Assembly: GCA_964016885.1 (NCBI GenBank)
Contig: OZ024740.1
Coordinates: 407,898,001 to 407,962,000, forward strand
DNA length: 64,000 bases
From: Eledone cirrhosa
Taxonomy: Eukaryota
Direction of reading: 5' to 3'
The notes beneath the pieces were generated by a model, which did not search any database, was not told where the DNA came from, and saw only the letters and a list, made by a program, of their open reading frames with translations. Shown one piece after another: positions 24,864 to 38,032 of the stretch; the first letter of the stretch is position 1; each line of letters begins with the position of its first letter. Both the position numbers and the translations under genes were made by a program.

Positions 24864-25608
24864 ATATGTATATATATATATATGCATATATATATATATA
24901 TATATATATGCATATACATATGTATATATATATATACATATGCATATATATATATATATATATATGCATATACATATGCATATATATGCTTATACATATG
25001 CATATATATATATATATGCTTATACATATGCATATATATATATATATGCATATACATATGCATATGTATATATATATGCATATGTATATATATATGCATA
25101 TATATATCCATATGTATATATATATATATGCATATACATGTATATATATATATGCATATACATGTACATATATATATATATATGCATATACATGTATATA
25201 TATGTGTAAACATATATATATATGTTTATATCTATATATTTGTAAACATATATATATATATATATATATGTTTTTATATATATAAACATATATATATATA
25301 CAAACCCATATATATATATAAACACACACATATATATAAACACACACATATATATATATAAACATATATATGGATACACATATACATATATATATATATG
25401 TATAAACATGCATATATGTACATACACACAGAACAAATATATATATATACAAATATATATATATACAAACACGCATATATATATATACACGTATATATAT
25501 ATATATATACACACGTATATATATATATACACACGTATATATATATATATACACACATACATAAGCACACATATATATACACACATATATATATACAAAC
25601 ATACACAT

Positions 25609-25641
<33 letters not shown>

Positions 25642-26380
25642 CATATACACATATATATATATACATATACACACATATATATATACATATACACACATAT
25701 ATATATACACATATATATATATATATACATATACACATATATATATACATATACACACATATATATATACACACATTATTTCTGAAGACAGCATATATAT
25801 GTGAAGGTATGTATATTCCCTCTGATAGTTTGTATAAATATTGTACATAGATCTATAGAATATGCATACCAACTCTAACACATATATCCTAGAAACGATC
25901 GTAAAATAATGAATTTTTTTTGTTTAATATAAGGAACTGTTTCTTTGTTTATTCATTATTTTTTTAATAATTTATATACACACATATATATATATATACA
26001 CACACATATATATACACTCATATATATATATATATACATATACACATATATATATACATATACACATATATATATATATACATATACACATATATATATA
26101 CATATACACATATATATATATATACATATACACACATATATATATATATATATATATACATATCCACTCATATATATATACACACACATATATATATATA
26201 CACACATATATATATATACACATGCATATATATACATATACAAACATGTATATATACATATATACAAACATGTACATATACATATATACAAACATGTACA
26301 TATACATATAACATATATATATACACATACACACGTACACACACACACACATACACACACACACATATATATACATATAG
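24864..26380. repeat. Degenerate (TA/CA)n microsatellite field
   Basis: Low-complexity TA/CA/TG repeats, interrupted at ~25774-25970. Confidence 0.95.
25774..25911 (+). ncRNA. Type I hammerhead motif with ~100-nt stem II domain
   Basis: CATTATTT-CTGAAGA-[..ATATATGTG...CACATATAT..]-GAAA-CGATCG-TA-AAATAATG. Confidence 0.7.
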
Positions 26381-26699
26381 TAATAATAATAAATGTGAAG
26401 ACTAAAATCCAAAGAGGACTCGATAAGGATAAATGTATATTAAATATATAAGAACCCTAGAGCAAACATTTATTAAAATAACAGATTACATTTTAAGCAA
26501 TAAATTGCTGCTTTGACCCTTAACGGGATCTTCTGAAACTAAAAAAAAAAATCAATCTGTGAACGCAGAAGTAAATATTTTAAAAAACGTTGCAACCGAT
26601 ACTTTGGTTCGTGGAGATGTTCCCTGGCAATGAACGGAAAAAAGCAAAGATATTACATCGTTATGTGGAGCGGTGAGAACAATTACACGCAAAGACAAA

Positions 26700-26815
26700 A
26701 CCAGCGATTCGGCAGAGGTTACAGATCTTATTGGCCTTTTCCTTCTCTTCTCTATCAAGGAAGAATTTCCTAATATAGGCAGAAGCCTGTACTGTGACGA
26801 CGGTCTTTTGACCAT
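26700..26815 (+). pseudogene. Penelope-like reverse transcriptase remnant
   Basis: DSAEVTDLIGLFLL...SLYCDDGL resembles the PLE RT segment DGAEVCELVGLF...GLYRDDGL. Confidence 0.6.
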
Positions 26816-28740
26816 GACAAAATGTATGAGTATGTGTGTATGTATGTATGAATATGTATGTGTGTATGTATGTATGAATATGTATGTGTATGTGTATGTA
26901 TGAATATGTATCTATGTGTGTATGTATGAATATATATATATATATATATACATATATATTTACATCATCATCATCATTTTACGCCTGCTTTTCCCTGCAT
27001 ATATGTACATATAAATTTACATATATATATACATATCTATATGTATATTATATATATATATCTATGTATATTATATATATATATATATATCCATATATAT
27101 ATATATATATTTGCATATATATATATACATATCTATATGTATATATTATATATATATATTTGCATATATATATATACATATCTATATGTATATATTATAT
27201 ATATATATATTATATATATCTATCTATGGAAATTATATATATACTAGTAGAGGTATCCGGCGTTGCTCGGGTATTAAATAGCAGTTGTGTATACCATTTA
27301 TGTCAATACTTCAGTGCTGCTTCGAAAACTATACTTTTACAAAATCATCGGCTTTTTCCAAAAGGGCGTTCCTGCCCCAATGGGTCCCCTACTCAATGTG
27401 TGCCAATTCTGAGAGTTTACATTCATCTGTAGGACAAACGTAGCCCATGTGTCAATTTTTTATGAAAATCGGTTGCGAATTCCAGAAGTTATGACGTTCT
27501 GTTGCATTGCGCTGCAGTGCTTCAGTCGACTCCAAGGAAGTGGTTAAAGGGGGTTATCTGCCGGGAGGCCCTATAATCTATATCTGGCAAAAAGGAAAGT
27601 GCCCATGACCATCCGGAGTACATAAGTAACATATGTTTTAAGTTTGGTGAAAATACTGTAGAAATGCATAAGGTTTATACATACGCGCGCGTGCGTGTGT
27701 GTGTGGGGGGGGGGGTATGTATTTGTGTGTGCGTATGTATGTGTATGTCTGTCGGGGCATACGTAAGTACTGGCTTAAATCTTCACTATTTACTTTTACT
27801 ATTTTAATAACCTCTGTCATTTTCGTTTTCAATTTTATTTACATCATTCTTAAACTCCGGGGCTGGAAATCATTGTTATTTTAAATAGAATATTAGTCTA
27901 ACGACTCCATTTATACCATAAACTTGGTCTTGTCTTTGCATGAAATTGTTCTTCTCGTTCCACATAACGACGTATTATCTTCGCTTTTTTCCGTTCATTG
28001 CCAGGGAACGTCTTCACGATCCAAAGTATCGTCTTCCTGTTTTCCTTCGGTTGCAACGTTTCTCGAAATATTTACTTCTGCGTTCACAGATTTCTCTCAG
28101 TTCAATTTGAATGGGAAATTCCTGTTTCATCGATTTTCTCCGTAACCATGGAAGCTTTTAGCTTGAAAGTCGTCCCAACGCCTCCTTGGGTCATTCTGCA
28201 TAACTGTGTAAATTTTCGCTGCATTCCACCAAGCCGTTTCGACGTTTATCCGACTACACCTACATAAACGTTATTTCGCTGTTAATAAACAACTGCCTTC
28301 TACAGTACGTTTCATTTAACTTACGCAGCATATTTATTTGTTTACATGCACAGACTCTTCTGTACACACACAACATTTAGGAAAACGGAAACAAAATACA
28401 CAAAAAAAAACAAAACAAAAAAACAGACATTTTATTTCTATCGTAATCAAGTGCGATAAACCTATATTGTTTACATTCTGTGTTTTTTTACGGATGGGTA
28501 GAAATAACAAAATTGCCATGGTGATATCCATCGATGAAGTATGCGACAAAACTGGTCGATGTCCCAAAATAGAACATTTCCCGGAAGATCACACCTGACA
28601 TATCTGTAATTACGGAACCCGAAAACTCGTTCCGTAATCGTTGGGTCGAATGTGGAACCTGTCGCATCTCTGTCTGCCTTCAATGCGCCACAGGCTTCCG
28701 GAAGATCCCAGGCCAAAATAAGAAACATCATATTGCTACG

Positions 28741-29727
28741 ATGGATAGACTCTGGGAGATGGTCCAGCTAACAAACTGGTCCTTTCAGTGCCTGGACTGT
28801 ATGCCTGCTTCTCCCATTGCTGCGGAACAACAACAAAGACCGAAGATCGTGTCTTCTACCATTGTTCCTGAACAACAACAACAAAAACCGAGGATCGTGT
28901 CTTCCTCTACCATTGTCCCTGAACAAGAGCAAAAACCAACGACCGTAGCTTCTGCTACTACCCCCGTTGAAGGACTTCATCAACAACAGCAACCCATGTC
29001 TTCCTCACCCGTTACTTTTCAACAACAACAACCGACGACTGTGTCTTCTACCATGCCTGTTGAAGGAGAAGAACAAAAACAAAAACCGACCGTCAATACG
29101 GAGTTTGAGGAAATACGGCAAATGATTTCCGCTTTAAGTAAAAAAATAGCGGAAATAAAATCAAGCGTTCGTGTAGAACCCCACAATGAGGGATCTTACC
29201 GGAGTGCCTTGTTAAAAAATCGCCGCGTACCTCATGTCGAACCTAGACGCATTGAGAATGCCACTGAATCTACAAACCACGAAGTGATTGCCATTGGTGT
29301 GCCGGAAGACATAGTTGATCTTCAGGCATTTGCTGCCAGTTCATCCAAAGACCTGGGCTGTGCTCCCGCAAAGGGTGCTCTACGCCTTGGCCGACCAGGC
29401 CCGAAACCCAGGTTAATTAGACTGTCGTTTTCAAACTCAACTGAGGCACGTTCATACCTTGTAGCCTCTGATAAAGCTAGGCGTGAAAGTCGGATTGCTT
29501 TCCGAACACGTCCTGGTCTTCCACCTGATGTCCGCCCAAAGTTGCGTGCTGCAGCTTCCCTAAACCGCAGCTCGGCAGAACATGAAGGCTTCAGCCTACG
29601 AGATGATGGGCAGATATGGAAGTTTGTTAAGGCTGGCGAATCATGGAAAAGAGACACCAGCTGGTCTGAAAACACTGTACCCACAACAACTGACAATAAA
29701 GAAACTGAAAAAACTCTGGGAAACTAA
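28741..29727 (+). CDS. CR1 ORF1 (partial PHD-like Cys cluster, Q/P/T repeats, coiled coil, RRM-like part)
   Basis: Frame open from 28573 (WVECGTC..VCLQC...FQCLDC); IGVPE, LRLGRP...PRLIRLSF; ends LGN-stop. Confidence 0.75.
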   Translation: MDRLWEMVQLTNWSFQCLDCMPASPIAAEQQQRPKIVSSTIVPEQQQQKPRIVSSSTIVPEQEQKPTTVASATTPVEGLHQQQQPMSSSPVTFQQQQPTTVSSTMPVEGEEQKQKPTVNTEFEEIRQMISALSKKIAEIKSSVRVEPHNEGSYRSALLKNRRVPHVEPRRIENATESTNHEVIAIGVPEDIVDLQAFAASSSKDLGCAPAKGALRLGRPGPKPRLIRLSFSNSTEARSYLVASDKARRESRIAFRTRPGLPPDVRPKLRAAASLNRSSAEHEGFSLRDDGQIWKFVKAGESWKRDTSWSENTVPTTTDNKETEKTLGN

Positions 29728-29783
29728 ATCAGAACAACCTGCCATCCCCTGCACATAATCATAGACTGGAATCAAAGTACAAA

Positions 29784-32545
29784 TTGTTGTCCTTGAATGC
29801 ACGTAGTCTATGCAATAAGATTCATCTTTTTGACTCCTACGTCAAAAGTATCAACCCGGACTTCATTACAGTCACGGAAACTTGGGCACATCCCTTACTC
29901 TGTGATGGGGTTTTCAGCATGACTGGCTACAACCTGTTTCGTAAAGACCGTATTAATCGTCGTGGTGGTGGTGTAATGGTCTACGTTCGGTCAAATCTGT
30001 CGGCAATTCCTTGTGCTGATTTGAACCAATCACAGCAGGAAGTTTTTTTCTGCGATATACGTATGACCATGTCAACACTGCTACTTGGAGTCGTTTACCG
30101 TCCTCCAAATTACCATCAGGACACTCAACTTTGTGATATCCTCAGAGCTGCTGCCAGGAAGACAGCCACTTATGTTTTCATTGCAGGTGACTTCAATCAC
30201 CCTGAGATTGACTGGGAGACCTTTCGTTGGCCGCCAAGTGCAGATGACTTCCTTGAGCTGGTGCTGGACTCGAGTTGGTCCCAGGTGGTCACCTCCCCAA
30301 CGAGAGGTGACAACACTTTGGACCTACTCTTCACCACTACTCCTGAAACGGTCATTAGTGTTACTGCTGAGGAACCTTTAGGTGACTCTGATCATGCTAT
30401 GATCATTGCCAATCTATCCCTCATGGGCAGTAACAAGAACCACAATCATCTCCAAACTGCTCACTTTGACTGTAATAAAGCAGACTGGAACTGTTACTGC
30501 ACCGAGTTGCAACGGCCAAACTGGCTTGAGTTCTACGACTCTGGAGATGTCAACACTGTACTCCAGAACATCCTGAGCTCAATATGGACAGCATGTGCAG
30601 CATCGGTGCCACGTAAGCGGAAAAAACATCCCCAAAGCGCAATTTGGGAGACTGCAGCAGTCCGTCTTGCCAGAAAAGAACGGCGCAATGCTGAACGTGA
30701 ATACAAACTGCATAAATCAGACATTAATAGGGAGAGGCGAAATAGATCGTCCAACCACCTCAAACAGGTGACAAAAAAGGCAGTGCTTCAATTTGAGCAG
30801 CGCATAGCAACCAGCCCTGACAGTAAGGTGTTCTGGAAGTATGTTCACTCAAAGCAGAGGCCTCACTCTCCAGTTGGTCCTCTTCGCAATCCCCACACAA
30901 GCCAGGTTACTGACGACCCCAAGGAATGCGCAGAGCTCATTGCTGAATGCTATGCAGGCATTTTCACTATTGAAGACCAGAGTGTACCATCTCCACCACC
31001 TATGACACCGGACTCTATTACAACCATGGAATTTACACCTGCAATGCTGCGACGTCACCTAAAAAATAAACGCAACCATGCCTCTCCTGGTATTGATGGT
31101 GTTACGTACCTGCTTCTTAAACGTGGTGGGTACTTCCTTCTACACCAGTTATCACGCTTCTTCCAATTCTGTCTGAACAACAGTGCTACTCCAGAACAGT
31201 GGAAAACTGCCAGTGTCATTCCTCTGTTCAAAAAGGGTGACCGCACATCACCTGTGAACTATCGTCCAGTCAGTCTTATTAGTTGCATCGCCAAACTGAT
31301 GGAATCCTGTGTCAGAGAAACACTTTGGAACTTCTGGAGCTCTCACAGTCTTATCCGGCCCTCGCAATTTGGATTTATCCCCAACTCCAGCTGCTGTGAT
31401 CAACTTATAGAGTTTCTTGAGGACATCACCCGGATCACTGATGGCGGTTCATGGGTGGATGTTGTTTACCTTGACTTTGCGAAGGCCTTCAATTCTGTGC
31501 CGCACAAAAGGCTTATGGCAAAACTCTCTGCAATGAGTGTGAAGGATGATCTTTTTAACTGGTTGAAGTCCTTCATTCTCAGTCGAGGAGAGGTAGTCAC
31601 GGTTCTGGGACAGCATTCCTCACCATATGAGATGTCATCTGGTGTACCTCAGGGATCTGTTCTTGGCCCCCTTTTGTTTGTGGCATATATTAATGACATA
31701 GATGCCAACTTAAGGAATGCCACAGTACTAAAGTACGCAGACGACATCAAGCTGTACCTTGAGATAAAAAGGACAGATCCTGAACACTATAGATCTTGCT
31801 TGCAGTCTGACCTGGACACAATGCAACAGTGGATCTCAGACTGGCAACTCAAGCTAGCTGTGAACAAATCACCACCATGCATTTTGGGAGTAAAAACCCA
31901 GCGTCCACATACTCCCTCCACAGCACTAATATCAAGAAGTCTTCCTGTGAACGTGACCTGGGCATTACGGTCAGCAGCGATTTGCGTTGGACGAGGCACG
32001 TCTCTAAAATTGTCAAGAGGGCCGATGATGTCTTAGCATCACTCAGCAAGACCTTTGTCGGCCGCTCTCCAGATATCTATTTAAGGCTGTATACAGCTAT
32101 GGTGCGACCACACTTAGAATTTGCATCACCAGTCTGGAACCCCTATCTTGCTCAGGACATTGACCGCCTGGAAACTGTTCAGAGACGTGCAACCAAGCGA
32201 ATACCCTCCATCAGGCATCTACCATACTCTGAGCGCCTTGCTTCCCTGGGCATGGATTCATTGAAGCTCCGACGCCTGGCAACTGACTTGGTAAACACCC
32301 ATAAAATTGTTAACCATGTTGCCAACAACAACCCTGAGTACCTTTTCGATTTCCATGTGTCTAACACACGTGGGCATGCCCACAAAGTAAGAAAACAGCA
32401 CAGTTCCCATGACTTTCGGAAACATTTTTTCACGCTCAGAGTTGCTGAAGCATGGAACAAACTACCTGCATCAGTTGTTAGCTGTCGAGACACTGCATCC
32501 TTTAAGGCCTCCATGCTTCCCGAGATCCGCCAACAGAACAGCTAA
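29784..32545 (+). pseudogene. CR1 ORF2 (APE + RT) with one frameshift near 31869
   Basis: LNARSL, VTETW, AGDFNHP, SDH; YLDFAKAF, GVPQGSVLGP, YADD; continues in another frame MHFG...VRPHLEFASPVWNP...WNKLP. Confidence 0.92.
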
Positions 32546-32697
32546 CACATACACACATGTACTTCCCTGACATTTGTGTATTATTCTATGTACTATATTG
32601 ACGAGTTGTGCACCTGAGCACTTTACACAATAATTTCATTATTATTATATACAACGTCCGACCACTTCAAATTTATATAGTAGATATATATATATAT

Positions 32698-33432
32698 CCA
32701 TATATCTTACGTTAAATATTTTCCATCTTGACGTTATAGTCACTTATATATTATGAAATACTGTTGGCTTCTTGCTCACATTAATTTCTCTATTTTCATT
32801 TATATTTATACTCGCAATTTTTCCTAGAGTGCTTAAAATTATTTGTGACTAATCCCGGTCTTTTTTTTTTTTGTCTTTTTTAAACCGCGATAATATTGCT
32901 ATATGCTGAACTCCATACATTTTTTTCGGAATGTTTTGACTGCTGCTTCTTGTAAACAGACATTCGTCTCATTCTGACGTCACTAGCCATGTTCTCCATG
33001 TGTGTTTATTTTCATAATTCCACACGGCATGCACTAGTCTGCTTTTAAATTCACTTTCTGGCATATTTTAGCAGTGTTTTGGTTATCGTGTTTGAGCTCT
33101 ACTGATGAACGACTCCAACCAAGACTAACCGCACTGAAAAGTTTCGTGAAATAGTCTTTTTAAGACTATATAGAGCATTTGTACTTTTTCCAAACTGAAG
33201 TATGAGTATTTAACCTTAATTTTATTCTGAATTAAGACTCTATTGGTTTTTTCCCTGGATTTCACAAAATCTGTGGATAAAATTTCTGTCTTGACTTTTT
33301 ATTTTGAATTGAGTTTGAATTATTTTCCCATATCTTACGTTAAATATTTTCCATCTTGACGTTATAGTCATCACTTACACACTTATATATTATGAAATAC
33401 TGTTGGCTTCTTGCTCACATTAATTTCTCTAT

Positions 33433-33438
<6 letters not shown>
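32698..33438 (+). mobile_element. Non-coding HHR element, ~1.15-mer of a ~630-bp unit, between TA tracts
   Basis: 32698-32797 repeated at 33328-33438; HHR in the middle. Confidence 0.8.
33096..33176 (+). ncRNA. Type I hammerhead ribozyme with stable stem III
   Basis: GCTCTA-CTGATGA-ACGA..TCGT-GAAA-TAGTCTT ttt AAGACTA-TA-TAGAGC; predicted AUA cleavage after 33170. Confidence 0.85.
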
Positions 33439-33495
<57 letters not shown>

Positions 33496-33498
<3 letters not shown>

Positions 33499-33783
33499 AG
33501 GCACATGGCCTTGCAATCGAAAGGTTGTGAGTTCAATTCTCAGACCGGGTGATGTGTTGTTTTCTTGAGCAAGACACTTTATTTCACATTGCTCCAGTTT
33601 ACTCAGCTGTAGAAATGAGATGATAGGGACTGGGGTCCATATCATTCCACTGCAAAGTGGTCGTGAAGGTGCCACGGAAAAAAAGCACCCAGTAAATGAG
33701 GTTGGAAGGGCATCCAGCTGTAGAAATAAAGCCAAAATCAGTTCCCGTCCCACCGGAACTGATTTTGGCTTCATTTCTACAGC
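33496..33783 (+). mobile_element. tRNA-derived SINE with CORE/V-like domain and RTE-UTR-like 3' part
   Basis: GAGTTCAATTC B-box; CTTGAGCAAGACACTTTA; GGAAGGGCATCCAGCTGTAGAAA shared with the RTE 3' UTR; ends in a fold-back. Confidence 0.65.
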
Positions 33784-33873
33784 ATATATATATATATATA
33801 TATTAGAAAGTGAGTTTTTTTTTACAAAATGAAAAATAACCGAGGTATCCTACACGAGTGAAAGTATAAAGAT

Positions 33874-34150
33874 AAAAAGATGAAATCGAAAATGCAACTG
33901 GAGTCTTATTTTTAAAAAAATATATATATTTATTTGGTTCCTTTACCGGTTTCGCAGTTCTTCTGCTTTTCAAAAGTAGAGTTGAGATGGAGGGTCTGTG
34001 GTTTTTCTCACATCTGAGAAAAACCACAGACCCTCCATCTCAACTCTACTTTTGAAAAGCAGAAGAACTGCGAAACCGGTAAAGGAACCAAATAAATATA
34101 TATATTTTTAAAAAAATAAGACTCCAGTTGCATTTTCGATTTCATCTTTT
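33874..34150. repeat. ~137-bp-arm palindrome carrying a variant HHR per arm
   Basis: Arms mirror around CATC at 34011-34014. Confidence 0.9.
34049..34084 (+). ncRNA. Variant minimal hammerhead (UUGAAAA core); mirror at 33941-33976 minus
   Basis: CTT-TTGAAAA-GCAG aagaa CTGC-GAAA-CCGG-TA-AAG; U3-A8 replaces C3-G8. Confidence 0.65.
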
Positions 34151-34154
34151 TTTC

Positions 34155-34185
<31 letters not shown>

Positions 34186-34368
34186 AATTGTTTCTACTTT
34201 TGGCACAAGGCCAGCAATTATCCCAGTGCATTACTGGTACTTTATTTTATCGACCCCGTAAGGATGAAAGGCAAAGTTAACCTCGGCGGGATTTCAACTG
34301 AGAATGGCAAGGGCCGTAACTCTATGCGTCAAAGCATGGTGTCCGATCCTCTACCGATACTGCCAATC
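34186..34368 (-). mobile_element. MetaSINE-like SINE copy
   Basis: Same family as 9476-9668. Confidence 0.85.
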
Positions 34369-34494
34369 ATGGTTGATGGAATAATGATAGGCACCCAATA
34401 TTTGAATTGGTTTATAGAATTCTCTTGGCCTTTGTCACTCTAAGTAGAGCTTTAAAGAATTAGCTTTTAAAGAATTTCCCTTTTCTTTAAATCC

Positions 34495-34763
34495 ATATAT
34501 ATATATATATATATAATATACATAGATATATATATATAATATACATAGATATACATAGATATAATATACATAGATATACATAGATATAATATACATAGAT
34601 ATACATAGATATAATATACATAGATATATATTTATATAATATACATAGATATATATATATATATAATATACATAGATATATATATATATATAATATACAT
34701 AGATATATATATATATAATATACATAGATATATATATATAATATACATAGATATATATATATA

Positions 34764-34825
<62 letters not shown>

Positions 34826-34860
34826 CATAGATATATATATATAATATACATATAGATATG

Positions 34861-34891
<31 letters not shown>

Positions 34892-34900
34892 GCAAATATA

Positions 34901-34967
<67 letters not shown>

Positions 34968-35636
34968 CATAGATATATATATATAATATACATAAAATAA
35001 AATAACAAGAGGCTGGACTGTTACACCAGTGTTATTTTATGTTATTTTATTTTATTTATAATTAACTTCGTATTCGCACCACCAACTACACAAACGAAGA
35101 TGGGTGAACTGCACAGCGTTGAGTACTCTTCACAATTTTACACCAGGATTGACCATACGGAATGACCAGTTCTATCCAGTGGTGAACCAAGAAACCTAAA
35201 GATATCTAATATACATATAGATATGTATATATATATATGTAAATATACATATAGATATGTATATATATATATGTATATATACATATAGATATGTATATAT
35301 ATATATGTATATATATATGTAAATATATATGTATATATATATATATGCAGGGAAAAGCAGACGTAAAATGATAATGATGTAAATATATATGTATATATAT
35401 ATATAATATACATATATAATATACATATAGATATGAATATATATATATATATGTAAATATATACATATATATTCATACATACATACACACATACTTATTC
35501 ATACATACATACACACATACTCATACATACTCATACATACATACACATACATATATATTCATACATACATACACACATACATACATATATATTCATACAT
35601 ACATACACAAATATATATATATATTCATACATACAT

Positions 35637-35685
<49 letters not shown>

Positions 35686-35880
35686 TACATACATACACAC
35701 ACACATATATATATATATTCACACATGCATATGTATATATATATACTCATATACATATATACACACATATACATATACTCATATCCATATACACACGTAT
35801 ACATATACATCCACACAGTCATATATATATATATATCCACACATTCATATATGCATACACATATATACATATCTACCAAT
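34495..35880. repeat. Degenerate (TA)n / TACATAGA-type microsatellite field
   Basis: Low complexity, with a complex island at ~35005-35200. Confidence 0.9.
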
Positions 35881-36287
35881 ACATAGTCACATGGGCAGGG
35901 GCCTCGTTTGACTTAACAAATGTGAGGGATGACAAACCAACATTTGTTGATTCTTAAAGGAGCATAAATTGCTTATGGTGCCTCTCCTGGACCCTATCAA
36001 ATAAGTAAAATTTTACGCTAAATAAATTTTATATATTCAAATGAAGTTCAGATATAAAAAAATAAGCTTAAAAAGAATTTATATCAAATAAACAAAAAAT
36101 AAAATATAGACGTTTGAAAAAGTGGGGGTGGGGGACTTATCCCCTGGTACCCCCTTGAAACAAGGCTCTTGCACATGAGGTATTTCTCTTTTCTTTTACA
36201 GTCTATAATTAATATGTCCAAATAATTATCTTGTCTACATTGATTTAAATAATAAAAAAACTGTAGCCATATTTGTATGTATAACGA

Positions 36288-36645
36288 TAATTGTTTCTAC
36301 TTTTTGGCACAAGGCCAGCAATTATTCCAGTGTATTACTGCTACTTTATTTGATCGACCCCGTTAGGATGAAAGGCAAAGGTAACCTCGGCGGGATTTGA
36401 ACTCAGCCGTAACTCTATGCGTCAAAGCATAACGTCCGACCCTCTACCGATACTGACAATCGACGATTGGCAGTATCGGTAGAGGGCCGGACGCCATGCT
36501 TTCCAGCATAGTTACATCCCTTTTCGATCTGAGTTCAAATCCTGCCGAGGTTGACTTTGCCTTTCATCCTTACGGGGTCGATAAAATAAAGTACCAGTAA
36601 TTAACTGGGTAATTGCTGGCCTTGTGCCTAAAGTAGAAACAATTA
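36288..36645. mobile_element. Head-to-head pair of MetaSINE-like SINEs
   Basis: 36288-36460 (-) and 36466-36645 (+). Confidence 0.85.
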
Positions 36646-37371
36646 TGTATAACGATAATAATAGAAAACTAGCTCACTCACACATATATATTTATATGTT
36701 TATATATCGAACATATTGTGAATATAGCACTGAAATCGACACATTGAAATATTTTGAATACTAGCCACGCGTGACAACTATTGATGCAATCTGTCACGTT
36801 GCGAACTTCACACACACATACAACATGTGTGTGCATGTATACACTCACACATGTATACACTCACACATATATACACTCACACACAAATACAATATGTGTG
36901 TGCATGTATACACTCACATATGTATACTCACACATACATACAACATGTGCGTGCATGTATACACTCACATATGTATACTCACACACATATACAACATGTG
37001 CGTGCATGTATATACACTCACACATGTATTCTGACGCACATATACCCACAAATTATATATTTATATTTATATACAATAGAGTGAGGGAGAAAAAGATTGG
37101 TACGCAGATGAGAGACATATCGATCAAAAATAGAAAAAAGAACCATTGGAAATTAGATAAGAATGGTTAGAGTCAAAGAAAACTTCGTAGGAGATATATT
37201 TATAGGGAAACTAGGGTATAGAATAAAACGGGTTAAAAGTGAAGTAAATTTAGAAACAGTTAATTAGTAAAAAATAAAATAAAATAAAATAAAAAATTAA
37301 ATCAAGCGAGAATTTTTTTAAATAATTAAAAAGAGAATTCAATGAAATATTCATCAACATTATTAATTTAC

Positions 37372-37469
37372 CTGGTCTCATCCTGATGTCCAGATTCTCC
37401 CCAAATTAAATCCCTGAAGCGATAACGAGGAGGGAGAGGTGGTACTTGAAAATCCGCTTGCGATACCAT
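37372..37469 (-). CDS. KCNT: First coding exon of a Slo2/KCNT-family sodium-activated potassium channel
   Basis: ATG...[34 protein letters not shown]|GTAAAT; matches the KCNT2/Slack-A N-terminal motif [17 protein letters not shown]; phase-2 donor. Confidence 0.85.
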
Positions 37470-38032
37470 TCTGATTTCTAGTGTTTTCTACCTACGGTGT
37501 TTTGTTTCCTACCTTGACAGGGGATTAGATTATTCTAAAAGATGGTTAATAACTTACTTATGAATGAGAAGTGAAAAAAATAATTAAGTTAAAGAACCTT
37601 TTTTGTTTATTTTGCTATTCTTTCCTTGACTTATTTGGAAATATAACCTTTCTTTATCAAGTGAAACCATAATTATTAACGTAGTACACATTTGTTTTGG
37701 TCATCTCCATCACTGACATGTCTCTCACACTGGTTTTTCTAAGTAAAATTATTTCAAAATTTAATATATATTCTTTTCTTTTGTTATGCTTTAAAAAAAA
37801 ATATTTGTTTGCGTCAATGAAAATAGTTTATAATGAAATTTTAGTCTGAGATATTTAAGCAGATTAGAAAAAATAGCTGAGAAAATTAAATAATCGGTGC
37901 GTTAATTAATGTAAATATTGGTGTTGCGCTATTTGTGATATCTAATGCGGTAATGTCAATTTGTGAAAAGCCGACTGCAGACGACTTTCTCGCTCGACAA
38001 TAGCCTCGTCTTGGCTGCCACGCGCGTGTAGC

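Larger units (their letters stand above)
27685..32647 (+). mobile_element. CR1-clade LINE, probably full length
   Basis: Two ORFs, short 3' UTR, CATT(ATT)n tail; 5' boundary inferred from the host element junction. Confidence 0.8.
27243..32685. mobile_element. Helentron/Helitron-like non-autonomous element split by an insertion (27243-27684 plus ~32649-32685)
   Basis: One end ACTAG...CCGGCGTTGCTCGGG, other end TTTATATAGTAGAT; ATAC at both junctions of the insert. Confidence 0.5.

Noticed and set aside
24794-26451. Many long Y/I/H/M/C-rich ORFs (also at 17816-19583 and 34435-37170)
   Set aside because: Translations of TA/CA microsatellites with no protein-like complexity
26500-26545. Minus-strand HHR-like CAGAAGA-TCCC..GGGTC-AAAG
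   Set aside because: Core bases are mutated; at best a dead remnant
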